Assembly (NCBI GenBank): GCA_051294375.1
Contig: CM119264.1
Span: forward strand, 3,205,575 to 3,269,574
Reading direction: 5' to 3'
DNA length: 64,000 nt
Source of the DNA: Paraspadella gotoi
Lineage: Eukaryota; Animalia; Chaetognatha
In this document: piece after piece, positions 1-12,750 of the stretch
Layout: each line of letters opens with the position of its first letter
Numbering within the stretch: the first letter of the stretch is position 1
The notes under the pieces: generated by a model
Databases searched by the model: none
What the model was told of the DNA's origin: nothing
The model's input: the letters and a program-made list of their open reading frames with translations, nothing else
Position numbers and translations under genes: made by a program

Positions 1-13
1 TTTAAATTTAAAT

Positions 14-835
14 ATTGTTAAAGTGTATATATACTGTATTACTTCACATATCCCCTCCTCCCAAAAAAGGCCTTATTAATTTTATATTTATAATTGTAAT
101 ATAATATTGTATAATTTAACATTAATAAATTAATATTATAATTATTATAATATTATGTAAATATATATTATTATATATTATAATTATAATATATAATTAT
201 AATATATAATATTATTGATAATATTAATAAATTATAATTAAAATTAATTAAAATAATATTGTAACTGTGTATCTACTAATGACTGTTATACTTCACATAC
301 CCTCCTCCCAAAAAAGGCCTTATTTAATTTTTATTATTTTTAATTAATGTAAATTAATATTGTATAATATAAATTAATATTAAATTAATATTATAATTAT
401 ATATAATATTATAGTACGAATATTATTCATCTATATATATTAATAATATATATAATATAATATATAATATTATCTATAATATATTATAATATTATAATTA
501 AATTAATATTAATTAATATTGTAAAGTGTATATATACTGTATACTTCACATACCCCTCCTCCCAAAAAAGGCCTTATTAATTTTATAAATATTTATAATT
601 AATATTAATATGTATAATTAAATTAATATTAAATTAATATTATAATTATTATAATATTATTATAATATATTTATTATTATATATTATAATATTCATATAT
701 AATAAATATATTAATATTATTATAATATTTATTATAATATTATAATTAAATTAATATTAAATTATATTGTAAAGTGTATATATACTGTATACTTCACATA
801 CCCTCTCCCCAAAAAAGGCCTTATTAATTTTATAT
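14..835. repeat. AT-rich tandem repeat, about 250-bp unit, 4 conserved cores
   Basis: The core tattgtaaagtgtatatatactgtatacttcacatacccctcctcccaaaaaaggccttattaatttt recurs at about 14, 258, 518 and 766, separated by almost pure A/T spacers. Confidence 0.9.
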
Positions 836-869
836 TTTCATTTCTCTCTGATTGAATTTTAATAGTTTA

Positions 870-1331
870 AATAAAAATTACAAAATTTTTAGTTTTAGAT
901 AACAAAAATACGTTTTGTGTGTTTTTTTTTTCTAAGAACTTCACGCCTTCAAAGTTTATATACTACTATGTTCATGTCTCTGATAAAAATTTCAAAAATG
1001 TTTTTCAAATATTCTCAAGTTTACCAGTTTTCTTTTTCTCATTTTTTTCTTGAGAGCTCTTCACAATTAAAAAAAAAAATTATCACAATCTCTTTTGCAC
1101 TCACGAAATATGTTAATAAAAAAAAGGAATAGTCATTGTTGTCACCCCATTAAAACTTTATTTCGTTAAATATTTCAGATTTAACAAATAGAAAGATGGT
1201 ACACAATTACATTGTGTGAGATTGTCAATATATTCAAAGAATTTTTTAAAAAATTCAGGCTCGAATATTTCCCGTCAGAGTTTTTGTTTCCATCGCGGAT
1301 CCGAACATTCGACGGAGAAAGAAAACCTTAA
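870..1331. mobile_element. Internally deleted copy of a dispersed element with a TTAA-type terminus
   Basis: 870-980 matches about 31730-31850 and 985-1331 matches about 33330-33680. Both copies end at gaaaaccttaa. Confidence 0.6.
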
Positions 1332-2554
1332 ATATTTTTCGTACTTATCTAAAAAATATGATGTTTTAGACAACCCTTTCAAAAGCACGATATATAGTCA
1401 CTGAATTTTTTTTATTTCTGCATAGTCTCCGCCACGTTAACTTGCAAGTTAAATATGATGAGTAGTTGGTGCCTTTCTATTCAACCATGAGTCAAAAAAC
1501 CTGAATCTCAAAATTTTTGATTAATACGACGTATATGTAATCAAAATTAATTTATTTTGATTAATATCACATATAAGCAATTGCATAGCCTCGACCATTT
1601 TCTCTTTCCTCCCCTACAGTAACCATTACTGCACTCAGTCGGTTCCTCAAAAAGAAGAATCCTGACGGAATTTTCAAATTCGAGAAGGTCTACTATGTAA
1701 GAATAATAATGATTGATTGAGTATTATACTAATCAATGTTTAAATATACAGTGAAATTTACAAAAGGTCACCCATTCTCTAATTCGTTCGAAGTCTGACC
1801 ACCGAGAAAAGAATAAACAAAAGACGCGTGCAATTAATCATGTAATTAACATTTCGTCAATTTAATCTATTGTAACTGTATTCTGCGACATTTAATACAA
1901 TTTTTGTCACACATTTTAATTAAACAATTCAAAACGACTTTGTATTCCTTAAATAAGTTTCGAAAAAAAAAACATTTTAAAGTTATCAATTGTAATGAAA
2001 TACATTAAAGTTTCTAGTCAGAATAATAAAACGAAATTTATTAGTCCACGTTTCCTAAATTGTTTATGATGTCTCGACATAAAGAAGATAATTTGCATCC
2101 ACGGCCTCGGCATTTTCGGATGCGGCGCGGCGAGCAGCCAAAAGGGTCAGGGGCGGTTCGCCGTCGGGCATGGCACGGCGGTCCAATGTTCTCATCTTGT
2201 CCTCCAGTGAGATGGGACTCTCTCGGGAAAATTGTGAACGAATGATCCAAATCCCTCTTTCCTCTTTGGAACCTTTGGGTGATTACTCTGAAGACAGATT
2301 GCACAATTTCACATGTATATAAAATTAACCTCTCTCATTCCATGAATGTAATAACTTCTTCCCAAAGTTTTTAAGGTCTGATTCACTCCAGCATGAGTTG
2401 CTGCAGAACAACGATCTCCAACAACATGACCAGAACATTGATTGATGGCAGCAATTTTTGATCATTGACGAAGGAATACCAAAGTCCCATAGATAAAAGT
2501 AAGGCTTTTCGTTTATCTGGTAACTCTTATCCTTTAAATAATCAATTTTTTCAC

Positions 2555-4545
2555 TCACATCAGGCGCCTGTTGATTTCCAAGATTTTCTTGAGAACTTCG
2601 TCTGTGAAAACTGGAACTTCCTTGGCTTTAATTGGCTCATCCACAACTTTGTCAACTTTTTCAGTTTGGCCAGAAGCTACATCTTTATCTGACAGCTGAA
2701 CAATTGAGACTGTCCATCCACTGTGAGTAGCACCAACTGAAGAGATGGAATAGCTTCTTTTGTCTAATTCCTTCTCTATTAGACTGTCCGGATCCCAGTC
2801 ATCTGATGAACATTCTTCTTTGTCACCAACTGCCGACGGAGGGTGTGCCGGATCAGTGGAAGCATTTTCCGGAAAATACGCCCACTCAGTGTCATCCATA
2901 TCCGGAGTCGGGTCCCGGCTGGACACGTGAGAGACATTAAGCTTAGACATTGTAGTCCTCTTCTTGCTTAATAAAAGTTGAGATGATCCATCTGAAATGT
3001 CTTTTTTCAGAGGTGATTCAAGCGGAACTATTTCTCTTCTTCTTTCTTCACTCCTGAAGGCAGGTTCTGATGGTTTAGTGGCTTCAGAAATTGGATATTT
3101 TTGCCAAATATTTGACGAAAAATCATTTAAAAAATTTGATGACGATGACGAAAATGGTGCTGTAAAGTTTGAATCAGTCCCATGATCTTGACCCATATCC
3201 GAAAATTCGTTTCCATGTTTTGTAGTATCCAAAGACGCCATTGACGGCGCAGTCGACATCATGACTGAAGCGTCTGACGAGATTCCGACCGCGCCCCATC
3301 ATGCATTCTTCTTCTCCTTGGCATCCTTCATAGCACTTTCAAATTCGGATTTACTCTGGCCCGATTCGCCGAAAAACAAACATGGTTATCCTTTGCATTG
3401 ATCCAAATCCTCATGCACTTTCAAGCAATTGTAACAACGACGTGGAGCAGGGAGCTCATAGAGATTCAGACGAGAAGATGTCTTCTTTGACTTCGAGACG
3501 TCGCCACGATTCGATGACCAACGTCCTCGTCCACCACGTCCACCACGGTTGCCCTTGCCACACCCACGACGGCCGCCCCTGAACGCTGCTTTGCCGCCCT
3601 GCGCGCCAACTTCGATGGTGGAGACTTCCATCTGCTCCGACGCAAGTGACGGTCGCGCCTTTCGCGGCGCGATTGGTTTCGAGGCTATCGGCGTGCCTCG
3701 CCACATCGGCCAAATCTCTGCCTCCCGGATGATAAGCATCTTCCACGACGCGAGCAACATTTTTGTTTTTAAGTTTATAAATAAAATCGCAAATAATTTG
3801 GTTTTCGTCCCGCCCCAAAGCTTTCATTACATAAGAAAAACGTAAATAAAATTGCATAACGGTTTCGTCTTTCATTTGTTTCATCGTTTGATATTTACTA
3901 AGACAACTATTTTGAAAATTAGGGAACAGGTGACCTCTCAGTGACAAAAAATATTCATGCACAGAACTTACAGGTGTGAGAGATAAATGTTGCATAATAG
4001 GAGTAAGGTTATCATCAGAATGGGCCACAACAATTGCGATTTTCGTCGCCAATGACTCACTTGGGAAAAACATGCCGATCTCTTGCTGGATGATGGACTC
4101 CTTCTGCAGGAACGCAAACGCGTCGTCCATTTGTTTCAGCTTCGTCTTGATCTGCTTCATCGATTCGCCGACCGATTCTCCGTCCGGCAGGTTGATCGAT
4201 GACCTCGGCGGCGCTGGCGCTGCTGACAATGCAGGACCGCACGGAATGGTAGGGGGAACGGGTAGAGATATAACTTCTCCAATCTTTCTCTCTCTTCTAC
4301 TACTCTCTCTCTCTCTTTAGTCTTTCTCTCCACAAACATCTCTCTCATGTTGTCTACCGCCTTTTTCAAGATTTGGATGTACTCCTCATCTGTGAGGAAA
4401 TGTCGATCCTTCTGCATGCCGCGCATCGATTCCTCGTCCCTATAGATCGAGGAACAACCTCCTTTAGATCGTCCGCCGTTTGAATCGCAATGGTCTCCCA
4501 TTCGCCAATCTGGCGGTCCAGGCCCGACGGTTCCCCCGATGCCAT
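2555..4545 (-). pseudogene. gag: Decayed retrotransposon Gag-like ORF: capsid region, RGG tract, zinc knuckles, Ser/Asp-rich extension
   Basis: Joined frames from the ATG at 4545 give a major-homology-region-like motif KYQTMKQMKDETVMQFYLRF, then RGGRRG...RGGRGGRGR, then the knuckle CYNCLKVHEDLDQC. After an in-frame stop comes CLFFGESGQSKSEF, which has CX2CX4HX4C spacing. ORF 2555-3262 is in the same frame after a second stop. About 3 frameshifts are needed; no pol is seen. Confidence 0.75.
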
Positions 4546-5124
4546 GACTAAAATAAAATTCTCAAGAAAAGGTAAGGTAAGATCTTCGATAGACCTTGTA
4601 AGAAGAAAAATTGTGAATTGGTAACAAATTTTCCTGGTCTAAACAAACAAACAATTTGTTATAAAAAAATTATGGCCAATTATTTTTTTATAGCTCCTTG
4701 CGTTAGAATTAAACCAGAATAGTCTTACTTCAAATTTGATGTCCTTTTGTTGAATCGCAAAAACACGAAAACAAATTTGAATAGGTTGACGCGAAGCGTA
4801 ATTTTTTTTTTTTTCTCTCTCTTTTATTTTCCGAAAATTTAATTTGTGGTAACGAATAATCCGAGGATTTTCTTGGAGGCAAAGAAAACTTTGATTCGGG
4901 ACCAGCGCTGAACACCAAGTGGAGGACGAAATTTTTAGAGATAAATAATTCGAGACCAAATTAAAATGAAATGTGAATTTATTTTAGCGTAACATCAAAG
5001 GGAAAATGCGTGAAGAAATAAAATTAAAATGCCTTTTATATGAACTACTTGTTATGAAAATAAAAGGGAATGGAATTTTAGGCCGAGAAATATTATTTAC
5101 ATTTTTGTAAATCACGGAATCACG

Positions 5125-5790
5125 TAATCAACCGGCATAATTTGGTCAACTGGCATAATTTTATCAACTGGTATAATTTGGTCAACAGGCATAATTTGGT
5201 CTACTGAAAGAAAAAGAGAGAAACTTTAAAAAATTGAAATAAATGTGTCTTTTGGTTTTCTAATTTGAACTCTTTTCCACTCCTACGATTCCATCAAAAA
5301 ATTTATATCCAGCTTTATCACATACTTTCCTACCCACACACAAAATTCCATTTCAATTTATCTATCCAATTTTTAATATACATAATAATTATGAGTAAAT
5401 TTAAGTAAAAATACTTTAAGTAAATATGACTTTTGTTTTTTCCATTTTAACTTATTTCCACTCGCACGATTCCATCGAAACTTTATATCCAGCTCAATCA
5501 CATACTTTCCTACCATCATACAAAATTTCAAGTCAATTGCCTTAACCAGTCATGAGCAATTGGCGTTCAAATAGTGAAATCCATCCGTCTAATCACGAGT
5601 AATTGGAGTATTTTGCTAAGGGGGGACGGACGGACGGACATCTTTTTTTTGCATAATTTATTTTGCATATTTTTATCATAATTCGAGGTTCTGATATGAT
5701 AATAATGACAAGATTTTGGGGTGGGACCGACGGACCGACAAAGTAAATTATAGAGTCGGAATCTGCTGATAAGCAGATCCGACTAAAAAA
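5125..5790 (-). mobile_element. Partial Helentron-type non-autonomous element (HINE family A)
   Basis: Contains 18-bp repeats, about 180-bp core repeats and a (GGAC)n microsatellite. It ends in the hairpin gtcggaatctgct-gata-agcagatccgac (5755-5783) followed by an A-run. Confidence 0.75.
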
Positions 5791-5937
5791 ATTTGTTGTG
5801 ACAATAAAATATTCTCTTCTAAATCAAAAATCCAACGAAAAGAAAGGAAAAACCAACATATATAAAATAATAAATATATAAATGAGAAATTAAGGAAATG
5901 ATTTGATGAAACTCAAATACTCCCCCCTCCCTTTTTG

Positions 5938-6093
5938 ACCGCCGACGTAGTAATATGCGAGCAGGTGCATCCTAGACGTAGTAATATGCGAGCAGGTGCA
6001 TCCTAGATATTGTCTGATGGTAAGTCATGTTCATGAACCGCTCTCCTCATCTGTTCATCGTCTCTCTCGTTTTATGAGTAAGGTCGTCGAATT
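5938..6093 (-). pseudogene. Decayed paralogous copy of the TMED coiled-coil exon (34973-35102)
   Basis: Translates FDDLTHKTRETMNR*GERFMNMTYHQTISRMHLLAYYYV. It has an in-frame TGA and a 31-bp tandem duplication (5944-5974 and 5975-6005); the splice acceptor is missing. Confidence 0.85.
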
Positions 6094-6134
6094 TTTAAAG
6101 GTTTCTCTCTATCTCTCTCTGATTGATTGATTGA

Positions 6135-6770
6135 TTGATTGACCAAATTATGTCAATTGACCAAATTATGGCGTTTGACCAAATTTTGCAGTTGACCAAA
6201 TTACGACAATTGACCAAAATATGCAAGTTGACCAAATTATGCTAGTTGACCAAATTATGCCAGTTGACAACATTTTGCAAGTTGACCAAATTATACAAGT
6301 TGAAAAAATAATGCCAGATAATGTCGGATGACCAAATTAAGCAATTTAACCAAATTATGCCAGTTGACCAAATTTATACCAATTGACCAAACTATGCCAG
6401 TTGACTAAATTATGTCAGTAGACCAAATTACATCAGTTAATCAAATTTTTATGCCAGTTGACCAAATTATGCAAGTTTAAAAAATATACCACTCAACCAA
6501 ATTATGCCAGTTGACTTTATTATACCAATTGACCAAATTATGCCGGTTGACCAAATTATGCCAGTTGACCAAATTATACGAATTGACCAAATTATGCCAG
6601 TTGACTAAATTATGTCAGTAGAGCAAATTACATCAGTTAACCAAATTTTATGCCAGTTAACCAAATTATGCCAGTTGACCAAATTATGCAAGTTAAAAAA
6701 AATATACCACTCGACCAAATTATGCCAGTTGATTATATTATGAAAGTTGACCAAATTATGCAAGTTGGTA
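6135..6770 (+). repeat. 18-bp minisatellite (tgccagttgaccaaatta)n
   Basis: About 35 degenerate units. Inverted arrays of the same unit lie at 5125-5205 and 7435-7700. Confidence 0.9.
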
Positions 6771-7256
6771 TTGGCACAACTAAAAATGTTTTTCTCAAAA
6801 ACCAACTAAAACAAAAGAAAGTGAAAGGGCACTCAACGCCATCCGGACTGAGAGTGAATGGTTCCAAGAGATCGCTAGTCCAGATACGATCGAAACGTGT
6901 CCATAGGCAGCAAAAAAAAATGTTCAATATCCCAATCTTTTCATCACTCCACCCTAGTATGCATGATTAACGGTTGTATAGAACATACACTTTGACGGCA
7001 TCTTTTCCAAATTAAAATAAATGTATTGGAATGATCGTCCCGCCATTGAATTTGCTATCCTTCATGATCCAAGTAAAAGGACCGATCAAACGTCAGAGGG
7101 GCAACTCCCTAATCTCCATGCCATCTCCATGTAATCTCTTTCTTAAGTAAAAAACAAAAAGTTCTTCTTTCGTTTATAATTATTAGCATAGACTAATTAG
7201 TTAGTTTGCTTACTTATTTACTAATTGGAAAGTAGAGACTTCCTAATTGAGCTAAA

Positions 7257-7700
7257 ACAAGTTTGAGCAAACAACGTCGGATCTGCCTACGATAATTAAT
7301 AGGTAATAAGCTAATCCGATGATATATCATGTTTTTGTGATCTTAACAGATCATAATTAATTGTAACATAACAAACAGACTTCTATATATAAATAAATTG
7401 ATCTATCAATCATTACCAGTAGCTGTGCCTATACCAACTTTCATAATTTGGTCTACTTGTACAATTTGGTAATTTTGCATAATCTGATCAACTTGCATAA
7501 TTTGGTCCACTAGCAAAATTTGATCAACTTGTATAATCTAATCATCCTGCATAATTTAATCAACTTGCATTATTTGGTCAACAGTCATAAATTGGTCAAT
7601 TGCCATAATTTGGTCAATTGGCATAATTTTTTCAACTTGCATAATTTGGTCAACTTTCAAAATGTGGTAACTGGCATAATTTGGTCAACTGACAAAATTT
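7257..7700 (-). mobile_element. HINE family A terminus plus 18-bp minisatellite
   Basis: Begins acaagtttgagcaaacaacgtcggatctgcc, the same end as the copy at 14221, followed by the inverted 18-bp array. Confidence 0.7.
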
Positions 7701-8394
7701 GGAAGTTGAAGTTGGCTCTCATGGCGTCGACGAACCGTTTATCCACTTTGAGATAAAAGTAGTATTAACCAATTTGCTTGGTTAGTATAATAAAAGCAAT
7801 CTTAATAAAATGAGCAAAGCAAAGCTTTTGCCAGCAAGCAATAGAATTATCTATATAACGAAAATAGCAATTAAATGAATTAATTAATTAATTAATAACG
7901 GATTAATTGAAAAGAGGCGATCCTGGATTAGAATACGCTCCGGAGGCTTATGGGAAAATGAAGAGAATGAAGATGAAAAACTCCATTCGTTTCTTTATGG
8001 AAAAAAAAATTCAGATCGTTACAACAAAGATATTAAAAACTTTGCTAAGCATTGTAGTCGGGCATTGCCTAGGTTCACCCCGCCTATAAGCATGACTCTT
8101 TCAGTTGTGACCCGGTGGCTCTAATCTTCGGGAATGCCCAGTAAGGACTTTAATAATGAATAATCAATAACGAGACGAGTTTTTTGTAAAGTTATTAATT
8201 TTCCTTTGACTTTATAAGGCAAGAAGAAATTCTAGATGGAATCAAAATAATTCAAATCTGCTGAGTTAAACATAAATCGGATTGTGTCAACCAAAAAGCG
8301 AAACATTAACATTGGTAAGCTGATATGGTATAAAATGAAATAATGTTTCTATGATTCTATCTACCAAAGTGGCGATGTTGGCTAAGCTTACAAG

Positions 8395-9183
8395 CGATAG
8401 ATTGGGTTGAAATTTTGTGTGTGGGTAGGAAAGTGTGTGACGAAGCTTGATACAAAGTTTCGGTGGAAACGTACCAGTGGAAATGAGCTTAAATAAAATA
8501 ATATGAGTCACATTTACTTGAATCGTTTTGTTTTCACGATCTTGTTAGTCCTGCAATGTTACTTATTTTAACCCATAATTACTCGAATTAATCATAATTG
8601 AATTAATAGATTGAAAAGGAACGTGTGTGAAGAAGCTAGATATAAAGTTTTGACGGAATTGTGCCTGTGGAAATGAGTTTAAATGGAAAAAAATAATTAA
8701 CATTTTCTTGAATTTTTTATTTATGATTACTAATAAATGTTTTAATTAATTAATTAATTAATTTGAAAAAATGATACAATTTAAAAAAATTATGCAAGTT
8801 GAAAAAATAATGCAAGTTGAAAAAATTATGCAAGTTGAAAAAATTATGCAAGTTGAAAAAATGATGCAAGTTGAAAAAATGATGCAAGTTGAAAAAATGA
8901 TGCAAGTTGAAAAAATGATGCAAGTTGAAAAAATGATGCAAGTTGAAAAAATGATGCAAGTTAAAAAAAATGATGCGAATTGTAAAAATGATGTAAATTG
9001 AAAAAATGATGAGTTGAAAAATTATGTGCGTGGAAAAAATTATGCGAGTTCAAAAAATGATGCGAGTTAAAAAAAGTTGCGAGTTAAAAAAAATTTTAAA
9101 AAATATTGTGATTTATCATCTGATTAGCAGATTACCGCTTAATTATTGTAGGCAGATCCGACATTGTTTGCTCAAACTTGTTT
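8395..9183 (+). mobile_element. HINE family A copy with (tgcaagttgaaaaaatga)n minisatellite
   Basis: Core repeats and an 18-bp array at 8760-9090, ending ggcagatccgacattgtttgctcaaacttgtt. Confidence 0.75.
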
Positions 9184-9768
9184 TAATTTGCATCATTTTT
9201 TTCACTTTAATTAATTAATTAACTTATTGATTAAAACATTTATGAGTAAGTATAAATAATAAAAATTCAAGTCAACTTAACTTTGGTGATTTCTATGCAA
9301 ACTCATTTCCCCTGAAATTTCCATTGAAACTTTATACCACACACTTTCCTACCCACACACAAAATTTCATCTCAATCTATCCATCCAATAATTATTACAT
9401 CGAGTAATTATGGGTTAAAATTAGTAAAAAGATTTTAATAAATGTGACTTAGATTTTTTCTATTTATACTCATTTCCACTCGCACGCTTCCATCGAAACT
9501 TTATATCCAGCTCAATAACCCACTTTCCTACCCTCACACAAAATTTCATTCTAATCCATCCATCCAATCACGAGTAATTGGAGTTTAATTCTAATGGGGG
9601 ACGGACAGATTGACAGACATACAGACGGACGGACTCCTGCTTAATTTATTATAATTTGATCTTCTGACAAGATATTAGTGACTCACCGACAAGCTTTTAG
9701 GGTGGGACTGACGGAGCGACAAAGCGAATTATAGAGTCGGAATCTGCTGATAAGCTGATCTGACTAAA
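9184..9768 (-). mobile_element. HINE family A copy, opposite orientation
   Basis: Core repeats, a GACA/GACG microsatellite and the terminal hairpin gtcggaatctgctgataagctgatctgact. Confidence 0.7.
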
Positions 9769-10850
9769 TATGCAAAAGAAACTAACATTGGAAAGAAGTA
9801 ATGAAGTAATTTGAGAAAGATGACGACGACGGCAACGACAAAATCGTAGTCATTTTTGTCCGAGATGGAATTTTTCTTCTTTTTTTTCTGTGAAAAAATG
9901 TTTCACAAGTAGTTGATGTTGTAATGACGGTCAGACAATAAAATATTATCCTGGGCATCCTGATTTTTATTGGGAAAAATATTGGCTGAATTTGGGTCGT
10001 AAATTTTGTAATTACTTGTGTTCTCTCATCTGTTTTTGTTCTGGCAATAATAACAGTATAACTAATTCAATTTTTAACAAGTTTGAGCAAACAATCTGCC
10101 CACGATAATTAAGCGGTAATCAGCTAAATAAATAAAAAAATGAGTTTAAATGGAAAAAAACATAAGTCACATTTAGTAAATTTTTTAAAATAATTTTAAC
10201 CCATAATTACTTGAAATAATCATATTTGGATGGATTGATTGAGATGAAATTTTGTGTGTGGGTCGTTTGTGACAAAGCTGGATATAAAGTTTCGATGAAA
10301 TCGTGCGAGTGGAAATGAGTTTGCATGGAAAAAACCAAAGACAAGCTAACCTGAATTCTTATTATTTTTGCTTACTCAGAAATGTTTTAATTATTAAATT
10401 AATTATTTACATAATTGATTAATTAAAGTGAAAATTATGTAATTTGAAAAAATAATAATAGTTAAAAAAATTATTTGTACTTCATTTCTAATTATTTCTA
10501 CCAAAGTCACAGTTCAGTTTAATCCTTTTCAAACTATTTACATGTATTGGCGCACCCACTTGTTTGGTATATGATCTGTTATGATCAGTTAGGATCACTA
10601 ATTGAAAGAATTATCGTGATTTATTATCTGATTACCTGATTACCGCCTAATTATCGTAGGCACATCCAAAATTTTCAGTGTGGTTTTTTGTTGTTGTAGT
10701 AAACTGTATTGCCAAATAAAACCAGTTTAATGTATATAAATTCATTAGAACTTTAATATATTTTACACCATTGTCACTTGCCCTTATAACAGATACTGTA
10801 TGTTGCTAATTTCAAGATCATCAAAATCCTAAATTTTTTTATATCATAAC

Positions 10851-11347
10851 ATGGATAATCTAAAGCTTATAATGGCCGCCTTGGTCTTTTTTTTTCTTAA
10901 CATTTTTGACACCATCACTGATTTGTTAACAATGATCAGATTCTACCAAAAAGACTTTTTCCTGGAGCAATACGTTGGCATTGCAATGGGCATCGTACTT
11001 TTTGTTCACAACAGCATTTCTGGTGCACGAATCTGGCGAACATTATCCACCAATCAATCATTGTATCCACGATTGTGTTCTGGCATTGGGAGAAAATTTG
11101 GAACTTGTGGTCTGTGCGTCTTGGGTCTGGGAAATTTGTTATTCTACTTGGATGAGCGTCTCGACCACTACAAACAACGCAATGCCCATTCTACAATATT
11201 GATGTCACCAAAAATCTTCTTTATCGAATCCCTTGATTTTGTGCACATCTTGTTTGAGTCTTTTCCTCAATTTTTACTTCAGGCTTTAGCACTTATATTG
11301 GCCTTGACAAGTGGAACCACTGAGCAGTGTTTTCGAGTAAATGACTG
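10851..11347 (+). CDS. XK-related (Xkr) multi-pass membrane protein, coding exon 1
   Basis: ATG-initiated ORF with the TM1 motif NIFDTITDLLTMIRFY and the family signature ILFESFPQFLLQ (ESxPQxxLQ). Phase-2 donor TG|gtaaat at 11347/11348. Confidence 0.85.
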
Positions 11348-11799
11348 GTAAATCAGTATTTGTAAATGTACTACATGTATAAAAATTGTGTTGAACTTTC
11401 TTTTCATTGCGTTTTTAGATTTAGAGAAAACGAGGAACGGTTATTCCAAGGTGTTGCGCCGCATTACTTCTTTTTAACTTTCTTATCCCTTGTATTTCCA
11501 ACACACTCTGTATTATTAAAAATAGGCTACTTTTTGAGAACCTAATTTTAATATCTGTCCAATATACCTGATAAATATGAAAAGTTTTTAAATCAAAAAA
11601 CGAGTATTGCGTACATCATATGAATTTTTTGAACATATTTTTTCAAAAAAAAATTTACAGTAAATGCTGCCAAATTTGAAAAAAATGAAAAAAATGGTCA
11701 AAAATGGACTTTTTACTAAACATCTTTTAAAGCTTTATTGCTAGAGGAACGAAACCCAAACTATCTTGTAGAGCGGAAAAAATTGACTATGTTACATAA

Positions 11800-11987
11800 A
11801 TTGTGTTAATATCCTTTCGTTTCGTTGTTTTTGTAGATTTAGAGAAAAACAAAGTTTATTTGTTTATTTATAACGATTTTTATTTTACATAGGGACATGT
11901 TTCGGCTTTATGTATAAGCCTTCATCAGCGTTTGACTAATCAGACAAATCTTTCTCTTAGCATTGAATCAGAGAGAGAGAGAGAGAG

Positions 11988-12026
<39 letters not shown>

Positions 12027-12098
12027 GACAGAGAGAAAAAGAGAGAGAGAGATAAAGCTTCGTTGTAAATAAACAAATAAGCTTTGTTTTTCTCTAAG
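11800..12098 (-). mobile_element. Short Penelope-like remnant with minimal hammerhead ribozyme
   Basis: Minus strand reads CTGATGA-a-ggctt...aagcc-GAAACATGTC at 11891-11932. It has a (GA)n tract, a tail like that of the 21-22 kb element, inverted segments at about 11838-11877 and 12060-12097, and flanking gttacata repeats. Confidence 0.75.
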
Positions 12099-12529
12099 TT
12101 ACATACATTTTAAATTTTTTTAAAAAACCTATTGTTTTCAAAAATTTTTTATAACATTTTTAACAATGTTCGTGAAAAAAAGTATAAAAAAAAATTATGG
12201 CCAATTGAATAAAGAGATAATTGCCCTTGTTTTGCTGAAAGAATTTTTAAAAAAGGATTATCGGTTAAAAAGTAAAAATTTTTTTTAAATTAAAAAAAAT
12301 CACTTTCCTTAATAATTATTTTTATTTAATAGGTTTGAACTAGGCTAAAAGGAAAAAAGGGAATGCACTTTTCTCAGAGTAAATAAAAAAATAGTAAATT
12401 CTGAATTGACAATGGGTAACTTTAATATCTTGTCTCCCCAGGTAATTAAAGTTTTTTAAAATTTGTATTATTTTATAATGAAATTATGACTTTTAAATAA
12501 GGTAGTTTTTTATTTTTTTTGTCTATATA

Positions 12530-12665
12530 ACAAAGGTTTTTGAATTTTTTACAACGATCTACTATAGTACAATGCAGACATGTTTTGGCTCACAATTTCA
12601 AGCCTTCATCAGCGCTTGAAATTTGTGAATTGAAAAAAAAATTGTGAGTTAAAGAAAGAGAGAGC

Positions 12666-12708
<43 letters not shown>

Positions 12709-12750
12709 GAAGAGCAAGGTTAAAGTTTCCAACAAAGAATAGAGAAAGTA
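12530..12750 (-). mobile_element. Penelope-like pLTR remnant with mutated hammerhead
   Basis: Minus strand reads gcgCTGATGAaggct...agccAAAACATGTC (GAAA mutated to AAAA) at 12575-12616. The adjacent sequence (aatttgtgaattg, GA tract, aaagtttccaac) resembles 20830-20910. Confidence 0.65.

Noticed and set aside
1598-1620. Polypurine tract and LTR for the gag element, and PBS candidates near 4900-4960
   Set aside because: I found no direct repeat between the two flanks and no convincing tRNA-complementary PBS.
6864-6902. Possible hammerhead: gatcg...cgatc-GAAAC-gt-GTC
   Set aside because: Stem II and the GAAAC..GTC half are present, but the CTGANGA box is missing (ccaaga). At best it is a dead relic.
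8750-9001. (MQVEKM)n and (HHFFNL)n ORFs, and similar ORFs at 6605-6970 and 7520-7756
   Set aside because: They are translations of the 18-bp minisatellites.
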